This document shows, in pieces, positions 35,608 through 48,012 of a stretch of 64,000 nt of DNA (positions are counted from its first letter, which is position 1; every line of letters starts with the position of its first letter). Location of the stretch: NCBI GenBank assembly GCA_965603825.1, contig CBFDEM010000046.1:731341-795340 (forward strand), in the 5' to 3' direction. A program made the position numbers and the translations under genes. This DNA comes from Blepharisma stoltei ATCC 30299. Lineage: Eukaryota > Protista > Ciliophora. The notes beneath the pieces are model-generated. The model saw only the letters and a list, made by a program, of their open reading frames with translations. It did no database searches and was not told the origin of the DNA.

Positions 35608-36945
35608 TTATATAGAAATTATTTTCCATGATTTTGTTCGGAAATTGTACTCATAACCGTTCCTGACTCCTAAAATCAAAAATCTGTCATCCCGCTTCAG
35701 AGCTTCGCATGTAAAAGTGTCAGCGAATTCAATTTTATCAAGCTCTGCAATCATTTCTTTGCTGATGTCCATCATCCACATTTTGTTTTTAATTTCGCCA
35801 CTTGAGCCTCCAATTATATAAATATTTCCGTCATTGATGGGAAATAGCCCAGGCTTGGACAGTGGGATTGAGATTTTTAAAGAAATTAAAATTCATTGGT
35901 TTCCGCTGTATAATTCAATAGAATTTTCACCTACACCTCCACAGACCACAATTTTAGTCCCAGACACAGTAGCACTGTGTCCGTATCTTCCAATATTTAA
36001 GTCTTCAATTTTTTCCCAGTTTCCATCAGAAAAAACTTCGCATTCTTTCATTGGAACCCTTTGTTTTCCGCCAATTACAAAAATTTCGTCATTTAAGCAC
36101 ACAGATGCATGGTTCATTCTTGGAAAGCTCATTTCCCTTAGTTTTGTAAATTTTTCTGAAGAAAGGGAGACTTGGATAACAGATTTTGGCCTCTTTGAGC
36201 CCCCAGTTATAATTATGTCTCCTGTCGATAGCACTGAAGCTCGGCTATTCATATCATATAAAGGATGATTCAGTCTTTTCACTGCAAGCGTCCTTGTGTT
36301 CACTGCTTTTAAGAATCCTTCCCAAACTCTAACAACGTATTGGTCAAAAATATTTAGATCGTTTCCCTCAATTGTGTCTACTCCAAATAAATCAGGAGGC
36401 TCAACTTCTTCTAGTTCTTGGAGTTTTATGATATTAGAAGAACTATTATGGTTGATTTGGTAGATTTGTGGGAGATCAAAGAAGGAATCATGCTTTAAAG
36501 AAGGGGAAGAAGGCTTGGTAGGGCTTTTCATAAAAGCAAGAGTCTTAGGAGACTGAGTGTTTACTTCATAAAGGTGAGAGTTGTTGAGACTGTCAGGTTT
36601 TCTCTCAATCCGAGAGTTGTTGAGACTGTCAGGTTTTCGCCTTGGGCTAAGCTGGAATGAAGGCTGCTTAGCAATGACTATTGAAATTTCGATTTCTAAG
36701 GTTTTAGGATTTAAAGCGATAGCTTCAATGTATTCTTGTTGACAGGTGATTGGAATTATGCCTTCTTCTCGGTGATTGTAAGAAATAATGATATCACCAT
36801 CTGGGAAAAAGGACATAACTTGGGATTTTAATTCTTCATAGGTTTTTGGAGCTTTTATGAAGGTTCTTTTTTCGTTTTGGTCTAAAAATGCGATTTTACA
36901 TTTTGTAAAATTGATTTTTTTGCCTTTGGAGTTGCTGGATCCCAT
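35608..36945 (-). CDS. N-myristoylated PB1-like plus Kelch-repeat protein (~445 aa)
   Basis: Begins MGSSNS; PB1-like segment; Kelch GG..W repeats continue through TGA 35893 to TAA 35608. Confidence 0.85.
36576..36638. repeat. Intragenic tandem duplication, 36-bp period
   Basis: GAGAGTTGTTGAGACTGTCAGGTTTTC at 36576 and 36612, encoding RKPDSLNNS twice. Confidence 0.9.
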
Positions 36946-37006
36946 TTATATATAATTTAAATATTTCCATATAGGCTATCATATTTATTAAAAAAATCAT
37001 ATTTAC

Positions 37007-37489
37007 TTATTTTTTACCCAGCAATAGATCTGGAAGCTCCTTCATAATATAGCCACAGATCTCTGGGTCTTTTATTTTTACTAAAGCCCTCAACTTGTTT
37101 TTGAATACTCCACCTTCTTCAGAAACTCTTGAAAACAGTTTTGCAGTATTAACCAAAGCTTCCAGCATATTATAATTTTTGCTTTTTAAAGTTTCTGATA
37201 AATTTCTGCTTGGAATTATTTTAATAAGGTACTCCAGCGGTCGACAGCTTTTATAAGTATTGAAGACTAGATCAAGCAGGGAGTGGCATTCGTTTTCATA
37301 GAACTTTTCAACGTCAATTGATCTGGTTCCCTCAAGAATATCATCAATTTCTTCAAATCTTTCTTCCCTAAGACACCTATATATTGCTCTCCTGACTTTC
37401 CAATTCAAGCATTTTTTCTTTTGGGGAGGAAAAACCGTGACTTTTTTTCCTTGAAGATTTTCTTCGAGACTTTCTTGAAGAATATTCAT
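37007..37489 (-). CDS. Hypothetical protein (160 aa)
   Basis: ATG-TAA ORF of coding-like composition between short spacers. Confidence 0.7.
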   Translation of the reverse strand: MNILQESLEENLQGKKVTVFPPQKKKCLNWKVRRAIYRCLREERFEEIDDILEGTRSIDVEKFYENECHSLLDLVFNTYKSCRPLEYLIKIIPSRNLSETLKSKNYNMLEALVNTAKLFSRVSEEGGVFKNKLRALVKIKDPEICGYIMKELPDLLLGKK

Positions 37490-37589
37490 TTTGGATTTAT
37501 TTAATGGTTTTAATTAAAAGGGGCCTTATAAATTTATTATGATTTTATTCAAGTATTATTGCAATTTTTGGGTTATAGTTAAACATTAA

Positions 37590-39125
37590 TTAAGTAAAAG
37601 TAAAACCTTGGTTCCCCTCACAATACCTCTTCAGTAAATCTGAGCAAAATACTTTCATGAACTGCTCATTCTGTCCCCTAAGATCTTTAAATACAAAGTA
37701 GCAGTTTTCCAAAGCTTCACGGAGATCCGAACTATTCAGCGCACTATAAGTCTCTTCTGGAATATCAAGCTGATTTTGTATAGAAAATTCAAAGCAAATT
37801 TGGCAAAATCCGAGGCTCGCTTTCAGCAAATCAACATCGTAAATCGCTTGGATTCCCAACTTCAGCCACATAGGGACATTATTTATAACCTCTTGATAAA
37901 AGCTTATAAGTCTTTCTCCTTTTTTCCTGAGGATCCTAAGCAAATATTTTGATGATTGGACTTCACAGATATTGTACAGTGCAATTCCAGCTTCAGCTTT
38001 AATATCTCCTGCGTCGTTATCGAGAAGCCATATTAATAAATCAAGGATTTCGTTGCTTAAATTTGAACTCATTAGTATATCAATATATTCTCTGGGGCAT
38101 GAAACGATATTTGAAATAAGCCATGCTGTTTCTCTTTGGATTTGGCTGCTCTCAGTGCTCAGAAATTGTATCAATAACTCAATAAAATTCCTATTAAAAA
38201 GATAGTCTATATAAGGATAATATAAAAACGCATTCCCAAAGATCCTCAATATCGGGATTATCAATTTCGGGTCATTTGCTGAGCTTAATATCAAGAAAAA
38301 TCTTGAAATATTTTCTTCTTTAAAAATCTGCTGAAAAGCTTCTGGAGATGTGTTATTTGTAAGAAGTGACAAGAACCATAAAGCTTCTATACACTGATCA
38401 GAGTTTGGGTCTCTCTGAGTCAAGTCTAAAACTGGGAAAATCACTCCATTTTCCACAAAAAGAGAAATATCAGGATTTGACCCTCTTATCAAATTACAAA
38501 GTGTCCAGCAAGTAATCGCGCTCAAACTTGGGATTTTAAACTGTAAAAGCGCTGAAATTCCTTTCACCAAGCCACAAACCTGCCGAATCCCATTTCTCAA
38601 ATCAAAAGAATCAGCTGCTAAGTTTCCTAATACCCAACAAGCCTGCTCAGCTAGCATTTTATTGACCGGGTTAATGATAAAAGCACTGATAGCTGGGATA
38701 AGCTTGGAGATCTCCATAATCAAATACGAAGGACCCAATGCTAAGTTTGTAAGGCACCAGGATACTTCAAAAGCAAGCTCTGATTGTGGATTGTTAAGCC
38801 CTGGGGTGAGTATTTCTATGATATTCGGGCACATCTGCACCAGCTTATTGAAGTCGAATTTCTGATATGAAAGCAGCTTGCGGAGGTTTTTCACTGTTGA
38901 GACCTTGCTTATATCAAGCTCATTGAGAACTTTGTCAAGCGAAAGATTGCAACTTGGCGAGGTCGTTTGTTTGAGTCTTTTATATCTGATTGATTCTTGC
39001 CGCTTTTGTTTCCGGAGCGTCACTACAGCTTGAGATCTTTGTGTAGAAAATTCATTTGCAGATTTCGCTAGTCCTGTGTCCATGAAAGTGACTTTCCGGT
39101 GCTCGAAAGTGATTTCGCGGTCCAT
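37590..39125 (-). CDS. Divergent importin-alpha (IBB plus ARM repeats)
   Basis: IBB-like VTLRKQKRQE..KR; ARM motifs WCLTN, WVLGNLA.D, WTLCN and ETAWLISN. Confidence 0.85.
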   Translation of the reverse strand: MDREITFEHRKVTFMDTGLAKSANEFSTQRSQAVVTLRKQKRQESIRYKRLKQTTSPSCNLSLDKVLNELDISKVSTVKNLRKLLSYQKFDFNKLVQMCPNIIEILTPGLNNPQSELAFEVSWCLTNLALGPSYLIMEISKLIPAISAFIINPVNKMLAEQACWVLGNLAADSFDLRNGIRQVCGLVKGISALLQFKIPSLSAITCWTLCNLIRGSNPDISLFVENGVIFPVLDLTQRDPNSDQCIEALWFLSLLTNNTSPEAFQQIFKEENISRFFLILSSANDPKLIIPILRIFGNAFLYYPYIDYLFNRNFIELLIQFLSTESSQIQRETAWLISNIVSCPREYIDILMSSNLSNEILDLLIWLLDNDAGDIKAEAGIALYNICEVQSSKYLLRILRKKGERLISFYQEVINNVPMWLKLGIQAIYDVDLLKASLGFCQICFEFSIQNQLDIPEETYSALNSSDLREALENCYFVFKDLRGQNEQFMKVFCSDLLKRYCEGNQGFTFT

Positions 39126-39734
39126 TTGCAAATTAAATTGAATATGGGTTACTATTGGTATTTTAATAGAAAATGAATTTATTGAAATCCATTAGCGAAG
39201 AAATAAATTTAAATAATAAACGCGTTTTTGGCTAATATTAACGGTATTTTTAAAAAATTAATAATTTTGGTAGGAATTATTAGGTTATTAATATAAATAA
39301 TTCCATACGCCAGTTAAAGACTTTGCAGCAGAGCTCTTCTTCAGATATCAGATCCAAGCCTTTATCAATGGCTTTGCGAGTTTTTAAGGATTATAGTGTG
39401 CAATGATGAGAGGGATGAGCACTTTGCTCATCTATCGAAGGAGTCTCGGAAATTATACTTACATTTAATATTTTTATTTTTATTATTAGGATTATTCTTT
39501 ATCAAGAGCTGGCAATAAAATTTTAATAAATAATTAAAACATTTTGATGAATTTATTATTTTTCACATACACCAAGCTAAATATATAAGCTCAAATTAGT
39601 TCTCTCTTTTTACAACCTTTAAATATTGCATATTCTTCTATATGATTCATTATTAATTTAGTATGTAAGATTTCTGTTTAAATCAGCATTTAATCCTAAG
39701 CTTAACAGAATATGCAAAATCTATTCACAATAAA

Positions 39735-40904
39735 ATGAATTCCCATAAAGAGTACATTCAACATACTCTTAACCCGTTCCTCCAAGAAATTGTTGCAGCT
39801 CTAATTGAGACCAAACCAGAAGATCCTTCACAATTCATGACCAAATGGCTTCAAGGCCGCTTAGGGCTGCATGATCAGCCTTCAGAAAAAGAAGAACTGA
39901 GAATGCTAAGACAAGAAGTCGCAAGGCTAAAATCAACTCAAAACGTCGGGTCAGAAGGCGAAGAAAGCGAAATTTCTGAAGGAGAAGCAATAGAAGAAGA
40001 CCTAGCCGAAAAAAGTAGGAGAAAATCTCACCGAAGTGCAGTTTCAGCTGAAGTCTATGGGAGCTGGAACAAAAAAGAAGACTTTGTCCCAAGAGTCATT
40101 GAAAAAATGCATGAACAAAAAGCAAGGATTGTGGAGAGACTTGGCCGAGCTTTTATGTTTAGCGCTTTTGACGAAAGAGAAAAAGAGATTGTTGTCAATG
40201 CTATGGATGAGTGCATCTTTCGCAATGGCGACACTGTAATTAACCAAGGAGAAGACGGAAACGAGCTGTTCGTCGTCGACTCCGGCACGCTAAAATGCTA
40301 CAAAAATATCCATGGTGAAAATAAATTCCTAAAAGACTATTTTCCAGGCGAAGCCTTTGGAGAGCTCGCTTTACTTTATAACGCCCCACGCGCAGCTACC
40401 ATCATAGCCTCAAGTGACTGCGTCTTGTGATCTTTAGACCGCGAGTGCTTCAACCACATCGTAAAAGGTTCCGCAATTCGTAAGCGAGAGCGCTATGAAG
40501 CCTTTTTATCAAGGGTCGAAATCCTAGGCTCAATGGATCCTTATGAGAGATCCCAGCTTGCTGACGCTTTTATTTCTGCGGAATATGAAGAAGGAAGCTA
40601 TGTCATTAAAGAAGGCGAACAAGGAGACGTGTTTTATATAATTGAAGAAGGTTCAGCAGTTGCAACAAAAACAATAGTCCATGGCCGGGCTCCTGAAGAG
40701 GTCAAACAATATGGCCCTGGAGACTACTTTGGAGAGCTGGCTTTGATCAGAAATGAGCCAAGGGCGGCCAATGTGATTGCGACTTCTCGCTTGAGGTGTG
40801 TGTCACTTGACAGACACTCTTTTAAAAGAATGCTCGGACCTCTTGAAGAAATCTTGAAGAGAAATGCAAAACACTACGAAGAGATAATCGCCATGAAGAG
40901 ATAA
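39735..40904 (+). CDS. PKAR: cAMP-dependent protein kinase regulatory subunit (~389 aa)
   Basis: N-terminal dimerisation/docking segment, linker RSAVSAE, two cassettes FGELAL..PRAA; TGA at 40428 (L-W-SLDR). Confidence 0.95.
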
Positions 40905-40991
40905 AAATAATTCTTAGTTAATTTTCTGAAATTTATATAACTGGAATTAAGTTGGATAATACCCCTTTTGAAATTATTATTTTCAAGCGAA

Positions 40992-41168
40992 ATGGATAAA
41001 AAGGCTGAAGCAAACCAAAGCATGCAATCCCTGCCTATAAGATCGTATCTTGACCAAACTGTGGTACCTGTGCTACTTCAAGGACTTTCAGAGCTAGCCA
41101 AGGAAAGACCGGCAAACCCTATTGAATGGCTCGGACATTACCTATTGAAAAGTTCTGAACGGCAGTAA
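40992..41168 (+). CDS. DPY30: Dpy-30 protein (58 aa)
   Basis: [34 protein letters not shown]. Confidence 0.88.
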   Translation: MDKKAEANQSMQSLPIRSYLDQTVVPVLLQGLSELAKERPANPIEWLGHYLLKSSERQ

Positions 41169-41460
41169 TAGCATAACAATTCTTACTTTAAGAAGTTTTT
41201 GCATATCTTTAAATAATTCTTGTTTTTATCTGAATGATCTGCATAAACTGTAAGGAGTTTCTTATCTCTTCAAAGGAGTTACTGGCATTTGATTATTTCA
41301 AGCTGAAAATAGTAATTGAATATTTAGCAGATAATAAAATCTTGGTTTTTGAGGCAGAAATTCTGCCTTTATGTCTTTGCTTGCTCTGCATTTTAGCTGC
41401 TTTAGAATTTTTCAAAACTAGGATTAGCATTAAATTGCAGTTTTAATATAAATAAATCTA

Positions 41461-44400
41461 TTAGCTAATAATTAGGCAAGCCAAAAGGCCAATCGTCAAT
41501 ATCCATCCGCCACTTGTTGTCCTGTTCTTCATTTTCGCATAAACATGGGCCACTCCCGAGTAGTCATCCCCTTCAATACAAGAAGGCCACAGCGGATAAC
41601 TGCTGCAAGCCGTAAAATAGCAATAATAAGTCGTCCCAGGCGACAGATTGCCAATATAAAAATTCATAGGAGTGTTTTCATACGTATCTATACAATGATA
41701 AATCGTCGAGTTAGTGTTATTAGTAGTCAAACCTACAAGGACCTGTGAAGCCAATGTTGCAGGAGACTTGCTTGTCGCACACATAAAGCAAGTAATCCCA
41801 TCTGTGTCTGTTGTCGCTGTAAAGAAGGCAGAAGTATCAGTGACTCCCAAGGTGGATGGGGCAATGCTCCATTGAGGAATTTCATCAGAAGTAATTGCAA
41901 AACTGGAAAACGTAGGAGCTGAGCCTACTAAAGACTGAACTGCAGCTTTGGCGAGGGATGACTGAGAATTCATCTGAAGGATCATTGCAGAGGTGTATTG
42001 GGGTTTGGACCTATCAAAAAGCACTGTATAATTAAACAGTGTCCCAGGTTTATATTTGCTGGTTGTCACAATTTGATCGTAAAGCCATAGAGGATTGATA
42101 CCCATATACTGAGCCAAAATCAGTCGAATCCCATCAGCGTATTTTGATGCTATATTTCCTGAAAAATAAACAGTGAATTTATAGATAGTAGGAAGCGAGC
42201 TTGTAGTAAAGTTTTTAGAAGCCGCCTGGAGTAAGGTTGTATTTATTACTCTGTTATCAATATAAGTAGTCAGAGTATAACTAGTTCCTCCAAACAGCCA
42301 GTCAAAATCTAGCGTTATAGGGTTGTTTTGGTATATAGGGACTGCTTCGTAATAAGGAGTTTCGCAGTGGTCTGCGTATTTTCTTCGCATAAATGCGACA
42401 ATATCGTCATCCACATTATTCATAGGATTTACTTCAGTATTAGAATAGTCTCGTTTTAATTGTTCATTTAGCGATGGATTATTATCAGAATAAATCAAAT
42501 CAGAAGTAATTGTTTTTAGCTCGTCAAAAGTAGGAATTGGCGTCTGTGCACATGATAGGTACCAGTAAAGCAGACCTGTTTGGGAAGGGCCTACAGTAAC
42601 TACAGCTTCAGTCCCACTGATTACTTTGGCTGTGAGGGTGGCGATAGGAGAAGATCCAGATGATCCAGACGTAATTTTCAGTGTTTTTGATTCAGGCTGC
42701 AAGAATATGGCTGCATCAGTTCCTGTCAACGTGAAAACCAGTTTTGGTGATTTCTGTGAGGTATCATAACTTTTATCAACTTTAATTTCAAAATATAAAG
42801 TCTGGATATCAGGGAGGAATGCTAAAGAAGTCGGATAGACAGATATACCAGTTGAGCTTTCAAAGGCAAGGCTAACAGAAATATCGGTAGCAGGGGCTGC
42901 TGGAATTGAGACCTTTATTGGGATACTTGTGTAACCTATATATAGCATTGGGATAGTATCAACAGAGATCATATACATTTTGGAGATCCCATCAGTCACT
43001 TCTACTAATAGATTATAAGGTGCGACATATTGGCTATTTTCAATACCGTCTTGTACAACCTCAGCTGTGCTCCAATCTACATAATAAAGTCCTGCTGCTG
43101 TTGCACTTGAAGCTGATACTCTGAAATTGATTTCATTAACCATCTGATAAATAGTAAATTCGTGTATCGACGAAGTCAGCTTTATCCCGCCATTATCCAA
43201 TGTCTGTGCATTTATTGTAGGTGTCAAAACTACTTTTTGAGATACGCATGGCCAGCTTCCAGTGCTTATCACTAAATCACTGCTTTGTGACCCTGAATAT
43301 ACCACAACTCTATTAGTCATTAGCATTGGGCTGTAGTTATTGATGCTCAAAGGATAATAACTCCTGGTGAACCCTAAATAAGCTGAATTCAGTAATCCGT
43401 AGCTTTTGCCAATAATGCTTAAATTTGTGTTATCGTAGACCAAAACTTCAAATCTTGTCGTCCAGAAGTCATAGTCTGAAAAAGTGGTATAGTCAGTCAT
43501 ATCTCAGTAGCTTGAGGTAACTCTTGGAAGACCATATTCGGGGTTAGGAATGGAGGATAAAGTGACTGAAATTCGGTAATTCGATTTTATTTGTTGGGAG
43601 GTAGACGAGGGGATTTCGACTTCAAAATAATTGTAGCTTGCTTGACAGCTGGTAGTTGGGTTCCAGGAAACAGCTTTGGTAGAATCTGTGTCTGTTGTGC
43701 CGGATTCGTCATAGTATACACAGCTGCAGGTAGCTGCCTGGCTTCCTCTAGAGTAATATAGCGAATATTGGTCTGGGAAGTTGATATAGAAGGAATATTG
43801 AGATGTAAAAGTCCCTGAAGTATAGAAATCAAAGGTGTAGTCTGTGGTTTCTAATAACTCACTATCTGCTACACTTACTCCTTTTAAGGTCAAAACAGAA
43901 GGAACGTCACTTATAGTAACTTTTCCATAAGAAGATGTATAAGACTTCACGCTCTCACTTGAGCTCATATGGTAAACAATAAAATTGCTTGTGTCTCCTT
44001 TTGATGGATTTCTTATATACCACACAAGTATGGATAAAGATGTCCCTGCAGTAACGCTTGAAGTTATACCTGAAATAACCAAAATCCAGTGACTTGCTGA
44101 GCATGAAATACTACTACCCAAAGCAGAAGAACTGCATGATAAGTAGTACGTTTGGCCATGTGATGATAACGAATTCAAAGCATCTCCTATAAATGGGTCA
44201 TAAGTATTTGGAAAAACTATCCAAAATGAGTCTCCAGAATCTATGTTGCTGCCTGAAGAAAAAGTAAAATTGTATCTAGATTTCTCATTTGCATGGGGAA
44301 AATTGACAGAAATTGGTGTGGAGTCAGGAGTTATGGTTGTGGGAGCGTTGTCGTTGATTGTGAGAGGGGTAGAGCTGGAATCAGTAGTTAGGGTTACTCC

Positions 44401-47400
44401 GTTCCAAAGAGAAGTAATGGAAAAGCCGTTGGTAGTTGTTCCATTTATGCTGGGCAAATCCATTGCGCCGTCTAAATATACAGAAATATAGCCTCCTGAA
44501 GAGTAGTCGCTGGACAGAGTTAATTGTACAGCAGAATTTTGCAGTTGGCATGATGAATACTTTAAGCTGCTCCAGCAGTAGTTTGCAATAGAGCCGCTTG
44601 TGTAAAGTCAGCTTCCTATTCCGTTTGTGATCTTGATAACCCCACCTGCTGGGATATTCACACTTAAAGAAAAGTCCAGCTCAATATCAACTGCTTTTAG
44701 TCCAGCTTGGTTAGGAAAAGCATATGGCTTGATACTAGAAGTTCCCACATCCTGAGCTGTGCTCAAAGAACATGTCTGAGTAAACGATGTCACCAAGTCA
44801 ATGATTTTCCCAATGTAATCATAAGTCTTAATAGAAGACAAATAAGCCGAACTTGTTCCAGACGAAGGCGGTAGCAACCCATTTAAATATACCGCCACGC
44901 TCGTAGACGCTGAAATATCTGCAAAATTTGTAATTGTCAGTGTATTTGAGCTTATTGCACAGCTTATAGACAGTCCACTAGCAGCATTCGGTCCTTGTAC
45001 ATTGCATGACGATAAGCTGCTGTCAGCCACAAAATTCGAGCTCAGTACAATTTCTATTTTTCCTCCCTGTGGTACAAGATTTACTGTGCTAAAATTGATG
45101 GTCATCGTCACACTTACAGCTCCTGGGCCTCTTAGCTGGTAACTATCAGGCGAAAATGAATAAGTTGCTATAGTCGCACTGTTAACAGAAACCCCTGTAA
45201 TAGAAGAACTGGTCACTCCCAGACAAGCAGAGCCTACCGAAGTGGGGTCAGCCTGAAAAGCATAAAATGCGACGTTATTTTCAGAAGCTGAAGAAGCGCC
45301 TAAAGCTGAGTGGATATTAGTAAGGTCAAGCTGGGTAGCAGAATTGCTTATTTGGAAACTTCCAGTTTGGGTCCCTATGACAACTCCAGCCTTAAATCTT
45401 TGGTCTGTTGAGGAAATATAAATGTAGTTAGTCGGATTGATCCCACTGACTGCCATTGTGGTAGAAGAAGAAACTTGGAAGCCTTGAGGGATGACGATGC
45501 CTATGTATTTATCAACATTTGCCAGAGAGGTAGCTAGCTGAAAAGACATGCTGAAATCTTGGTTAACTGTTTTAGTATAAGAGGTAAGAGTAGTCGCTGT
45601 AGTAAAAGTTGTCCCTGCGGAATAAGTCACAGTTGCTGAATTCGAATACACATAATACACAAGTGTGGGGTTACTTGAAAGGGTATAGCTTAGCTGGTTT
45701 GTCACAGTATAAGTCGTTGCTGTCACTCCTTTAGGAATATAAAGAGTTGCTACATCATTTATATTAAATGAGCCAAGATTGGTGATTGTTAGCACCACAT
45801 TTGAGCTGCTGTCTGAAGAAAGGACAACTGAAGCATTAGGCACTTCGCTAGAATAGAAAGGCACTGATGAGCCTGAAGATAAGCCAATCCCCAGATCTGA
45901 CATGCCAGAAAATGTAATTTGGTATACCAGATTGGTGGTAGAAAAGTCCATGTTGATTTGTAAAGCTGTAAAATAAGCAATCAGAGGGATGCCTGGAATG
46001 TTGCTGAGACACATAGGAACTGTGTATATATCTGTAGAAGAAGCTGTGATTTGGGTGACTGAGAACTGCCAACTTCCAATATAAGTGCTTGCACTTCCTG
46101 TGGTCGTCGTTTTCGCCTTTGCCCAGCATTCATAATAAGTCGCCAAGTTTGACGCAACAAGGGGATAAGCAGTCTGGCCGCTTCCACTGACGACCATTGA
46201 GTAATAATTAGCACTTGGCGGGCTCACTATAGAAATATATATATGGGAGCTGTAAACTGTTATACTTTGAGATACTGATTGACTGACGACGTCCTCTGAA
46301 ATGGCCTGAGTCGACCCACTATAATCATAAACCGTCGCATCCTGAGCAGCAAAAATTTGTGTATATGAAATCCCCATAATGGTCAGAGGACAGTATATGT
46401 CTATTGTAGTAGACGTATCCCAACTATTGGCAGGGCTAAATGTGTAGAATAAGTACCTGCCATTCCCAGCACCACCTACCCAGTAACCAGTCTGTGGGTC
46501 ATCCATCAGCTGAGAATTTGGGCTTGCAGAGAACTCAAAAGTAGAGAAAATTGTATTTGACGTGCTATATGTAAAGGTTATCCCAGCGCTAGAAATATCA
46601 ATTTGTCTACCTGCGGAATTTTTCGTGACGATTGAGGATACTCCAGGAGTCCCAGATAAGAATTTTACAAGCATATAAACGTAAAATGTTTGGGCACTGA
46701 TTTGAGAGGTAGATGTAGTTATAGTTAAAACGGTCGCAGAGGTAACGGTACAAGAAAGTCCGCTTACGTAAGGAGTGACGTAGCACTTCTGGCCACTTGA
46801 ATTAGTCCCATCTGTTTCTGACCATCAGTTTTTGGTGGAATCTACGTTTGCCATTGTAACTATTGCGCTTCCTCCAGCTGTTATTGAGTGACTTGTCGTA
46901 AAGCTGAGTACCATATAGAGAGACATAGACTGTACTACATCGGTTAGACTTATAGAGCTATTTGGGCTCCAGCTTACCAGCTTCAAGGTTCCAGGACTGA
47001 GACCAGTAGGTCCTGAACTTGCTGTATATTGAGCTATTATAGCATTAGTCCCCCATCTGACTATATTTATTTTCCACTTAAAATCTGACGACTGATATGC
47101 TACGCTAGGAAGCGTAAACTTCGAAATCTTCAAAATCACTCCATGAGAGGCAGAACCAAGCAGAACGTCCTGAGCTAGCCCATAAATTGTGATTGTTTTT
47201 GAGCTATCGAGTGCACATGGGAGGTTTCCATCATTATTCGGCCCAAATAAAACGCTGTTTCAGGAGGTTGAGTTCTGGGAAAGACATGAAACGGTAGAGG
47301 ATGGAGTCCAAGTTGAGTCAGGGGTGATCACTATTAGATCATGTTTCCATAGATCTTGGGAGATTGTGAAGCTGAATATCAAGTTATCTGTTGACTCAAT

Positions 47401-47931
47401 AGTAGGACTTGACGCTCCAGAATCAAGTTTCACCGTCAGCGATGTTGATGCGGTGACTGCACTTACAATCGCGACACAGCCAAAGACTTTATTTATATCA
47501 ATAATTTGGCCACCTGCCCAGTTTCTCGTCTGTATAGCAAAAGGCCCATAAGCTCCAGCTGTGCTTGGGAGTTTTACATTTGTAACTTGGACTGAGGAAT
47601 CATGGGATCCATAATAGGATGCCGAAGAAATTGTTACAGTTTGGCCTCCTGATAAAGATATTGAAGAAGGAAAAGTAATTTCAATAATCCCGTTCGAAAT
47701 ATCATTAGAGAGCCTAAAATTGAATGTAAAAGTCGCTGTAGCGCTAGTTGTTACTGTGTCAAGAACTATAGGATTTATGCTTCAGTTTTCTTTTCACCAT
47801 GTTATTCTTCCAGGGTCAAAGTAGGTACTTCTTTGGCCCACGTCCATTGATTGAGAGGAACACACAACAATAAGGCTAATGCAAAGAAGCAACTGTGGGG
47901 GAGAAGCCTTAAAAAGATAAGGGAAATTCAT
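41461..47931 (-). CDS. Giant Ser/Thr-rich surface protein (~2156 aa), beta-sandwich-like repeats, probable GPI anchor
   Basis: A single frame from ATG 47931 through six TGA codons (47794, 47782, 47260, 46825, 44608, 43504). Signal peptide at the start and hydrophobic tail GGWILTIGLLACLIIS at the end. Confidence 0.85.
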
Positions 47932-48012
47932 ATTATAAACAAGAAGTTATAATTAATAGGTTTTATTAATCAGAACTAGATTAGCTTGCTAATTTTCCCG
48001 CTATAATAAATA

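Noticed and set aside
487-40904. PDE, GAF and PKA-R as a cAMP gene cluster
   Set aside because: They are spread over 40 kb among unrelated genes, and these families are large in ciliates.
41234-41446. 70-aa ORF after DPY30
   Set aside because: AT-rich and motif-free, lying in the 3' region between convergent genes.
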